A DNA stretch of 64,000 nt. It comes from Azolla caroliniana (taxonomy: Eukaryota > Plantae > Polypodiophyta). Positions 50,825 to 61,538 of this stretch are shown piece after piece (position 1 is the stretch's first letter; each line of letters starts with the position of its first letter). The stretch is from assembly GCA_043228905.1 (NCBI GenBank), contig JBHGNT010000009.1:15004001-15068000 (forward strand), written 5' to 3'. The notes beneath the pieces were generated by a model. That model saw only the letters and a program-made list of their open reading frames with translations, did no database searches and was not told the DNA's origin. Made by a program: the position numbers and the translations under genes.

Positions 50825-50983
50825 CTTAACGAATCGATTATCGCCAAACTTGGGTGGGTCTATGAAGAACTCGTTCCACAAGAGCTCTGCCTCAAACATT
50901 GCGAGAGAGATACAGCTACAAGTACATAGTAGAGTGATAATGGATGGCTCTTGGAAGGCATGGTATAATGCATGGGTGGGCAT
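50825..50983 (-). CDS. Upstream exon of the PPR gene, encoding the first half of an OSB-type PDF motif (start uncertain: ATG 50899, ATG 50983, or a further exon)
   Basis: ELLWNEFFIDPPKFGDNRFVK ends on a codon boundary at the splice donor. Confidence 0.75.
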
Positions 50984-51151
50984 TTCTCCCACAAATGCAT
51001 ACCCTATATATATATTAACCGCTACCAAAACATAAATAGCCTTGATGAAGGAATGGCGGCCACAGACAATGTAGGTTGTGTATCTGAGGGCGCGATACAC
51101 CACTATCCAATTTGGATAAAAAAGAAACTCGCGAATGCATAAGTTGGCAAT

Positions 51152-51290
51152 AGTTGCCCAACCACATCTGGTTGCCCAACTATGTCCGGTTAGTAGCCCG
51201 ACTCTCACTAGCTTGGTCCCCCAACCACATCTGGTTGCCCAACTATGTCCGATCAGTCACCCAACTCTCACCAGCTTGGTCGCCCAACCA
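51152..51290. repeat. About 2.2 copies of a 63-bp tandem repeat upstream of the PPR gene
   Basis: CCCAACCACATCTGGTTGCCCAACTATGTCC at 51157 and 51220, with a partial third copy. Confidence 0.8.
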
Positions 51291-51490
51291 AATTTATCAT
51301 TTCCACCGAAATCATCTGTTAATAATTAGGTAATTTAGTAAGGGTTAATTAGTATCTAATTATGTGAATGGTTAATCACGTATGTGATTAAGTAGCGGAA
51401 TATTATGTGATGTGTGTGGGTGTATGTGAGAGGTGAAGAGAGAGAGAGAGAGAGGAAGTTACACTTATGAAGAATACGATAAATGGGGGA

Positions 51491-52694
51491 TGATTAACAA
51501 GAGTGTAGCTAAAGACCTTTCTCTATATTAACAAGCATCAAAGAACAAAGATAACCACAATGAGGTATATATACATCTCATGTGCAAGGGTACACATGTG
51601 TGAGGAGAATATAGGTACAAGGATGTAAGTCCTATATTCAATGAACTTGGTAGTGGAAAAGCTAGAATGTATTCCCACTTAAGTACAAAATCCTATTTAA
51701 GGCTTTAAGTTCAACACTTCTAACTAGATTCTAATTATGTAACTACTAAGTTACATGGTTGACTAAATAACTAAACCTAGTTGAGCTTGATATCTCAACA
51801 CGCCCCCTCAAGCTCAAGTGTGATGCATCCGAAGTTTGGTTTGACTTTCGGCATTGTCGGCTTCCATCCGGCTTTCGGCTTCCTTCGACCTTTTCGGGGC
51901 AGTTTCAGTTCCTCCCTCTCAAGCCTATGACGAAGGCTTGTAGTGTGAAATGGTCGATGGCCAAGTGCTCGCTTCTCTTCATCCATGGCTTTGGGCTCTT
52001 GTTCGATTGTGACCTTCATCGTGAAGGCATAATGATGGGCCATATACTTGTTGTCGCTGAACCGAGTGACCGGGTTCTTCTCTCGGGATGAGCGTCAGAG
52101 TTTTTCATTTATCGACGTGAGCGCCTTCTTTACTCCAAGTGTCCACATAATGGGTACACCACACTCACTATCTAGTGAGCAAGCCAACACATCCGAATCA
52201 CATTCACCGAGGTGGGTGACTTCATACTCGGGCATCTTACCTTTGCCTTTGTCCAATCCTGCCCATGGTCAAGACGTGCTTGGAATGCTTGAAGGCTCCG
52301 GTGGTCCACTTGACTTGGTATAGCTTGGACTGTCCTTTGGTAAAGGACTTGGCAAAATAACATCATCCAAGTTGACTCCAACTCTTCCTCAATTGGGCAA
52401 GATGGAATTGAATTGGGTTCATACCATGATGCCGATTCATCGAAAACTACGTCCCGATTCACCCGAACCACTCAGGTCAAAGGGTTGAAGCACTTATATC
52501 CCTTTTTCTCATATGAGTATCACACGAGGATACATTTCTCCAACTTCGTGTCGATCTTTTGTTGTTTTTCGTTCGGAATGCGTACATCCACAATGTTTGA
52601 GGTGCGAAAGGATCGACTTCCTTCCAAAATAGATCTCGTATGGAGTTAGCTGATGCACTCCATTAGTTGTGCACCGATTCATGAGATAGACGAT
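51491..52694 (-). mobile_element. Internally deleted Copia remnant related to family B (INT end joined to tail, PPT, 3' LTR about 51491-51800)
   Basis: RDVVFDESASWY and MAHHYAF; PPT GAGCTTGAGGGGGCG followed by TGTTGAG on the minus strand; RT and RH missing. Confidence 0.75.
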
Positions 52695-54128
52695 TGTTGA
52701 GAAGCAAGCTCAACATGGGCCGGATCGGCTGAATGAGCCAAGAGCCAGATCGGATGAAGACCAATTTACTAACCGTTAGAGGCCTACGCTCCTAGTTTTG
52801 TAGGTAGTTAGATTTTTGGGAGTTAGTGTCAGTAGCTCACTTATGAGCATTGAAGTACTTGTCAATACTTCTGTCAGTCTTTTTAAGGACTTGTATAAAA
52901 GTGCTCTCTTAGCACATTTGTATCTACAAAGTATATTATTGTTTTTGAATTGAGTTAATCTTCTTTATTCTCTGTCTCTACCGCATACTATGTACCTCCC
53001 TTTTTTCTCTGTGTTTTCTCTGTTGCTATCCAGCTGAGGCGGTTGTGTTCTGTTTAGCTTCAACACATAAATCTTTTCATGGTATTAGAGCATGAGGGTT
53101 GAGAATCCATTGTTGCCGACAAGCATTCAACACAGACAAACCCTAATCCCCAGTCAAGAATAGACAAGAAGAAAATGGACAGAGGAATGGGTGGTGCTCT
53201 TTGAACAGAGAAATTGGATAGAAGCAACTATGCGTCTTTGGAGTACAAGATGCACTAGTACCTACTCGGGCATGGCTACTAGAGTTACATCCATGGAGAA
53301 AACGAAGTAGTGCCAAAACCGGCAAACAAGGATTTCCCGGCGTGGGAGAAGGTGGCAAATAGAGTCTTGTACTACCTTGCGTCTTGTGTGGACGATTGGA
53401 TATTGGGCTACATTTGGGATGCGAAGATGCCAAAGGAGGCCTGCGAAAAATTGAAGAAGATTTTCGCCGCGAGTACCACGGCCCATTGCAGCTCTGTCAA
53501 GAGCTCAACAATATCCGATAAAGGGATATGATGACGACTGACTGCACCACGAAGATCAACGAAATCTGTGATGCCTTGGGGTCCATCAATGTTACGATGG
53601 ACGAGGGCGAAATGGTGCAGATTTGCCTTGGTTGTCTAGCTCAGAGGTATGTGTTGATCCGAACAGTTATTTGCACAAGGGATAAACCACCGTCATTTTT
53701 CGACCTGCAATCAATGCTTATTGGTCAAAGAAAACCACGCGGGTGTGTCATGGAGCACGCAATATGACAGCCGGATGATATACATTGAGGCGGATAGGTC
53801 CCATGGTCGTGGAGAACGTGGTGGGACAAGAGCAGAATCATAGGCATAATCGACATGCCGACAATAGTTTTGGACCCTCCATGAGAAAGGGAGGTCAAGG
53901 TGGTGCCGAAAACTGGCAATGAAAGGCCACGACAGAATGTTGGTATTGTTGTCTGAAAGGCCACAGAGAAAGAAAGTGTTGGAAGAAGAAGGCCGATTCG
54001 TACAAATCTGGATCAGGCTGAGCCAAATAGGGGAAATCGGCAACGATCACACTTCATTGAAGGCTCAAACCAAGCCAGAACGTGCCCAACCTTTGTGATG
54101 AAGCACAAGGCCAACCCGATGAAGACGG
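52695..54128 (+). mobile_element. Copia (B family) 5' LTR, PBS and decayed gag, interrupted at 54129
   Basis: LTR 52695-53079; TGGTATTAGAGC; DFPAWEK and EMVQICL match Copia B gag. Confidence 0.85.
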
Positions 54129-55882
54129 TGTCGCGGAAATCCGTGAGTACGTGTAAGATCTAGGGCAAGACCACCGAGGTCTTGGACCAGGGATCCGATA
54201 AGAGGGAATGAGAAAGGGAGAAGGAAGGATGTACGGGTCAGGTTCCAAACAACTTTGCTGGATCGTCTCTAGACATGTATCTGATCCAGATCAGGTCCCG
54301 GAGGCCGAATGGCGAGCGCACAGTCTTAGTGGGGAATACTGTATTGGACCGGTTTCTAGTAGCAATCGATGGGCTCTCGGGCTCACACACCCGGATGTGC
54401 ACATGTGATCAGAAATAGAACAGAGACGACTCAAGGATGTCGGACACGAAGAGAGGCACAACGAATACTAACGATTAGTAGAGAAAAGAAAACAGGGAAA
54501 GAATACAACCGGACTCGGCCGATAGACGAGCTTTAGACTCTCTACACTCACACTCACATAGAAATTGATAGCGGTGGGCCTCTGGTCGAGAGCATGTGGG
54601 CTTCGTACATGAGCAGAGGACTCCACAGCACCAGATGGGTGCACAAATATGACAATTTGAATGCTAAGCTCTCAAATCAACAACACTTCGACCTCCAAAA
54701 TCGTGGATCCCCAATACAGTCTCAAACTTCCCCTTTTATAGCACAAGGGGAGGTCGTTACATCATTTTCAGTGGCATCCTTTCTTACAGAGATTTCCCTC
54801 GATTTCCGTACATCAAATCCTAGAATTCCTCTCTATACGTGTGGGACTTAAACTGCCCATTAACTAGTCTGCCTAGTACTTTAAATATTCTACACATATT
54901 TACATTTCTTGTACTCTGGTCTTTGCTTTGTGCATACTTGCACACACCCTCGTTCACATGTGTTTGACTCCCTTTTCCTCCTATGGCTGGAATCCTCCAC
55001 GACATCAACCCCCACCAAACCGCACATCCTCCGGTATGTGCCAAGAAGTGAAGTAGTGGGGATTCTGATTTGGTCTTCACTTGTCCTCTCCTGATCCGTC
55101 GCCAATCCGGTCCTCATCCATCTCCTCACCCTCGCTAACGCCCTCGGCCTCGACCTCCGGATCCGGTCCTGCTTTATGTTGTTTCTTGAAGGCCTTGATC
55201 CGCTTCCCTGCAACTGGTACCGTGATCCTTGTCCCATCGAGTTTGGTTTTCGAGGCTGCTGTCGTAGACCAACACCCAGTCTCCTTCCTCGATCTTCTTC
55301 GGCCAGAGCCGGTGTGTTCGATCAAACCAACCGTTGTTCTTCTTCCTCGCTTTTTCCACCATTGTCGTTGCTCGTTCCATGTCCTTCGGCCTTCGCTTGA
55401 GCTGTCAGATCCGCAATGTTAGAAATTCATCCCGGCTCATCTCCTCCGTCTAGTCGATCGACATCCACGAGGCTATCGTCGACCCCACCGTCATGATCAG
55501 CTTTTGTCTGAACATGAGCTCAGTCCGCATGTACTCGGTCACCGAACTGTGCGTAGTTCGGTCAACCCATAAAGCATAGGGTAGGAGTCTCGACCAATTT
55601 TCAACCAGTGCATCGGATGCTCGTACTAATGCTTTCACAATTGGCCCATGTCTGCGCTCCACCTTCCCGTTGGCTTCCTGATTGTACGCCGTGGTGAGGG
55701 AGCACTTGATTCCTAGCTGGTCGAACAACTCCTCTGCTTGCGTGTCCAACTCCCCTCGGTTAGCCACGATCTTTCCTACGCACCCGTATCGGCATATCAC
55801 ATCCTCGATCAAGGACCGGCACACGGTTGTGGTCGTCTTATTCAGCAACACTCGGCCCTCTACCTGGTTCGTCAAGTCCTAC

Positions 55883-58800
55883 TGTCATGATAGGGCAAGA
55901 CTCGAACCCATGACCTTATGCTACATGGGTCGAGCTCTTGACCATTAGACTATACATTGTAATACGTAGAATATTATTTTCATTTATGTTTTATTATAGA
56001 AAATTGATGTATATTCCAGATTTCTCTGGAACATTCTAGAAACTTCAGGAGTATTCCTTAGAACACTATAAAAGGAGGCACAAGGCATTATTTCGAACCA
56101 AATCGGTTCAACGCCAGTCTTAAGCCTCCTAGCTACTGTACATTTTCTTCACATAATATATATCTTTTCTTATCATCACTCTCTCTCGATCTCTCGATCT
56201 CTCTCTCCCTCCCTCTCACTCACTCTTTCCTTCTCTCGAGAGTTCTTCACCTCTCTTAGTACTAATACTTCTTTTAGTACTAATTCCTTCTCTGTCTTAG
56301 TACTGTTCCTGACAGTTTGAACCGATTTCTCCTACCTTTTGTCTCTCTCATTTCCTACTAATCTCTTATTCCTCTTTTCTTTCATCCCATGACCACTGTT
56401 AGCGCTGAAGAATATCAATCTGTTTTTTCGGAATTTCAATGCTTGAAAGAGAAGTTCCATGCTTTGGAACAAGAAAACCAACGGTTGCTGGGGGATCTTT
56501 AGCAAATCTCCTTAGAAAAGCAGCAAACGCAACAACAACATGGGGAACTTGCATTACGCATGCAACAACTCGAAGCCACCATCGTAGCGATGCAACAACA
56601 AGGGCCCGGAACACAAGGGATTCATAAAGAACCCAAGATTGGCCTTCCCACAAAGTTCGATGGAACGCGATCGCAGTTTAGAGGGTTCCTTAACCAGGTA
56701 CGATTAGTTATTCAAATGCATCCTTCCCGATATCCCACCGATGCATCACGAGTGGGTTTAGTAGGCACTTTGTTAAGTGGCTCAACGTTGGCATGGTTCG
56801 CTCCACTATTAGAAACGGAATCTCCGTTACTCAACAATTTTGAAGAGTTTCTAGGTGAGTTTAAAGCATGTTTCGAAGATACTGACAGCATCAGGACCGC
56901 AATCAACAAAATTCGGCGATTACGCCAAGGTGACCGTCCAGCCTCTGCATACGCTGCAGATTTTCGCCTACTCGCCGCTGATATCCCTTGGGATGATCAA
57001 GTGTTGATGGAGCAATTCCGTTATGGTTTACGCAACGACGTCAAGGATTTACTGTTGACCTTCCCCGAAGAGCCAAAGTCCTTAACAGAAGCAATCAGTC
57101 GCGCAGTGAGATGTGACAACCGCCTCTTTGAGCGACGTTCGGAACAACAGCTACAAATGCTGAGGGCAAGATCAGAGCCCACCTACGCCTCAGTGGTATC
57201 AAGACCTTTTCCGAGGGAGTCATATAATGCGCCTCCAGCGAATACTCCGACTCCGATGGAGATTGACACTACACGTCGTCGAGGGCCATTATCCGAAGAA
57301 GAAAAGTAGCGACGCCATACAAATCGACTATGTCTTTACTACGGTGGACCAGGACATATTGCAATAAATTGCCCCCATAGGCCAAGAAGACAGGTAAACC
57401 AAATAGTCGCTAGTTCTAATTGTACTAAACCCGAGCCTATTTCAGTAGGGATATCTGATAGTCCTAATAGTACTAATAGCCCAGATCTAGCGAACAGATT
57501 TGATGTCCTTAGTCAGTTAGAAGAAGAGTTAAACGACTAAGTCCGGCCAAAAAAGGAGCCGTTTGGTTGGATAGCCCTAGATCTGTGCAACCCATTAGTG
57601 GTTACATTCCCTCTAAGCAAGTTAGTGATGTGTTCGTAGCCCAAGTAATAGTTAGTACTAAAAGTACCCCTCCAGTACATGTCCTAGCACTCCTAGATTC
57701 CGGAGCTAACTCTTGCTTTATGGATAAGAAATTTGCTCAAGCTCATAAGATATCCCTAAGAAAACTCCAGTGTCCAGCCTCTATAGTAGTCATTGATGGA
57801 TGTCCCATTGCTTCCGGAAATATCATAGAAGAGTCAGAGCCCATTAATATTGTCCTAGATAACTTAGCATGTGTAGTATCATTTAATATTATTAGTATCC
57901 CAGAACATCCCATAGTTTTAGGATTACCGTTGTTCGAGTTCCATAACCCAGACATAGATTGGAGAACAAGAGAAATCCAGTGTCGACAAACCCAAGGGTC
58001 AACTCAGAAGATGGCAACCATTTCTCTATGTCAGTTGCGTAAAGAAGGGCGCAAGGAAGAAATATTCCTCTTTGCAATATCAATAAACCCCTCCAGCACC
58101 ACTAAAGAAGAATCCACCGTTCAACTTCCCGAGAAGTATCGTCATTACGTCGATGTGTTTGATAAAGTACAAGCCAACACACTTCCTCATCATCGACCGC
58201 ACGATTGCCCCATCGATTTACAACCGGGAAAAGAGCCGCCATGGGGACCGATCTACAATTTGTCACCAACCGAGCTGGAAGTCCTTCGGGCCTATATAGA
58301 GGAGAATTTGGAAAATGGTTTCATTCGGCATTCAAAATCTCCAGCTGGGGTGCCCATTTTCTTCGTCAAGAAAAAGGATGGATTGCTTCGTCTCGTTGTA
58401 GATTACCGTGGCTTGAATAAGGTTACAATCAGGAATAGGTATGCTCTTCCTCTTATCTCAAGTCTTTTAGAACGGATCAATGGTGCCAGGTTCTTCACGA
58501 AGATCGACTTACGGGGAGCATATAACCTCGTACGAATCCGACCAGGAGACGAATGGAAGACCGCGTTTCGCACCAGATATGGGCACTTCGAGTATACGGT
58601 CATGCCGTTCGGTCTCACTAATGCGCCGACAGTCTTCCAACACATGGCTAAATATATTCCGAGATCTATTGGATGATTGTTTGATCATCTATTTGGATGA
58701 TCTACTGGTTTATTCAAAGACCCAAGAAAAACATGATTCTCATGTACTATTAGTACTAAAACGACTTCGAGAACATGGTCTGTATGCAAAGCTGGAAAAA

Positions 58801-61397
58801 TGTAGTTTCGGGTGCAACCAAGTGGAATTTCTCGGGTACATCATTTCGTCAGAACTCCATGGACCCAGCTAAGGTCAAAACGGTGGTAGAATGGCAATGC
58901 GTTCGGTGCGGGATGTGCAATGCTTCCTAGGCTTTGCCAATTTTTACCGAAAGTTCATACAAGATTACTCAAAGATCGGTCTACCTCTCACACAACTTAC
59001 TAGGAAGGGACAACCGTTCATCTGGTCTGAAGAAACGGACATGGCTTTCGAGAGTCTTAAAAAGGCATTTACATCGGCTCCAATTCTAGTTCATGTCGAT
59101 CCGGAAAAACCATTCATTATCGAAGCTGACGCATCGGATTCTGCATTGGGGAGCATTCTGTCACAACAGGGGAATGATGAGAAGCTACATCCTGTGGCTT
59201 TTCACTCACGCAAGTTTGACGCCGCCGAAATCAACTACGAATATCATGATAAGGAGCTATTGGCAATAGTGGATTCTTTTATGCAATGGAGGCATTTTCT
59301 GGAGGGATCCTCTCATCCGGTCACTATATTTAGTGACCACAAGAACCTTGCCTACTTTTAGGATGCTCGTGTGTTGAATCGACGTCAAGCTCGGTGGGCC
59401 CACTTCCTCACGCGTTTCGACTTCAAAATTACATATCGTCGGGAAGCACCAAGGGAAGGCATATGCATTATCACGGCGTTCGTATCTAGCACCCCGTCCA
59501 GGCGAGCCAGCTTTCGATAACCAAAAACAAGTCATCTTGGGACCGGCACGACTACAAGCAACACAGATCTTTGACATGCCCATGGATTCCCGCGTTATCG
59601 ATACCATACGCGAAAGACTTGAAGACAAATGCGTTCGCCCAAGCTATACTAGCACAAATTGATCCCTCTTGCGCGTCGTGTTCACAGTCGCAACCACCAG
59701 GTACGGACTATCGGCAATTCAAATACCATGATGGATTACTCTTCTTTAAAGAACTTTTGTATGTTCCTAATGGTTCTTGCCGCCTTCAAGTAGTACAAAA
59801 CTGTCATGACACATATACAACTGGGCATTTTGGTAGTACTAAAACATTACATTTAGTACAACGATAATTCTGGTGGCCCTGTATGCGACAATTTGTTGAG
59901 GATTTTGTTCGGACTTGTGATACATGTTGTAGAGCGAAAATGCCAAGGCATCATCCATATGGTTTATTAGAACCATTACTAATTCCAAGCAAGCCGTGGC
60001 AATCCATTGCTCTAGACTTCATCACAGATCTTCCAGTCTCTAAGGGGTTCAATGCGATTCTAACGGTGGTTGATCGATATACGAAGATGCCTCATTTCTT
60101 GCCATGTACTAAGGAGATCTCCAGTGAAGACACTACCGAAATTGTCATGTGTAAAGTATGTCGGCATCATGGACTTCCCGATAGTATCATCAGCGACCGT
60201 GGACCCCAGATCGTGTCAAACTTCTGGAAGCACCTTTTTAACATGCTCAAGGTCACTTGTAACCTCTCCTCCGGCTACCACCCCCAAACCGATGGCCAAG
60301 CCGAACGAACCAATCAAACGCTGGAGCAGTATCCGCGGTGCTTTCTCAGCTATCATCAGGATGACTGGGCAGATATTCTCCACTTCGCCGAATTTGCCTA
60401 TAACAACTCTATCCACGCATCCACTAAAGTTATGCCATTTTATGCTTATACGGGATGTCACCCCCGATGGTGTGTACTTGAAACCCCAGAGGTGTCCACA
60501 AATCCTTGCGCAGAAGATCGTTTGGAGAAGTTACGCAAGATACAAGCGGATGTATCTACTCACCTCCAACAAGCTCAACAAACACACAAGGTTTATGCGG
60601 ATCGTCATCGACTCCCATCTAGTTTTAACATTGGAGATCGGGTATGGCTACTCCGACGACACATCAAGACCACTCGCCCATGTGAGAAGTTGGATTATCG
60701 GTGATTAGGTTCTTTCCATATTATAGGAAAGATTAATGATGTCACTTTTCGTCTTGATCTACCTCCACAACTTCGGATACATCCGGTGTTTCATAATTCT
60801 CTCCTCAAACCCTATCAAGAGAGCACCATCCCAGGACATATTACACAACCTCCACCCCCAATCGAGCTTGAAGATGGACCTGAGTATGAGGTTGCCGCCA
60901 TCCTTGATTCCAAGCTTGTTCGCAACAAGCTTTACTATCTAGTCGATTGGCTAGGATATAGTCCCAGTGAGCGTACTTGGGAACCGATAGAGAATGTCAC
61001 CAATGCTCGAGCTTTTCTTGAAGACTTCCATCATCAATATCCAGACAAACCGGGTCCTCAATCCAAAACGACTCGTTACACTCATCATTTTAAAGGGGGG
61101 ATAGTGTCATGATATGGCAAGACTCGAACCCATGACCTTATGCTACATGGGTCGAGCTCTTGACCATTAGACTATACATTGTGATACGTAGAATATTATT
61201 TTCATTTATGTTTTATCATAGAAAATTGATGTATATTCCAGATTTCTCTGGAACATTCTAGAAACTTCAGGAGTATTCCTTAGAACACTATAAAAGGAGG
61301 CACAAGGCATTATTTCGAACCAAATCGGTTCAACGCCAGTCTTAAGACTCCTAGCTATTGTACATTTTCTTCACATAATATGTATCTTTTCTTATCA

Positions 61398-61435
<38 letters not shown>

Positions 61436-61538
61436 CCTCTCAGTCACTCTTTCCTTCTCTCGAGAGTTCTTCACCTCTCTTAGTACTAATACTTCTTTTA
61501 GTACTAATTCCTTCTCTGTCTTAGTACTGTTCCTGACA
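55883..61538 (+). mobile_element. Chromovirus 2: full-length, decayed Tcn1/Tf1-sushi-like Gypsy
   Basis: LTRs 55883-56314 and 61105-61538; TSD CCTAC; PPT AAAGGGGGG; PTKFDG, LLDSGAN, YLDD, EADASD, SDRGPQ; chromodomain EYEVAAIL...YLVDWLGY...TWEP. Confidence 0.96.
55890..55959 (-). promoter_or_regulatory. tRNA-like A-box/B-box module at the LTR 5' edge, antisense to the element (copy near 61112-61181)
   Basis: Minus strand reads TAGTCTAATGG (55952-55942) and GGTTCGAGTC (55908-55899), with tRNA-like spacing. Confidence 0.55.

Noticed and set aside
50789-51208. 139-aa ORF as an independent gene
   Set aside because: Its 3' part is better explained as the upstream exon of the PPR gene reading into the intron.
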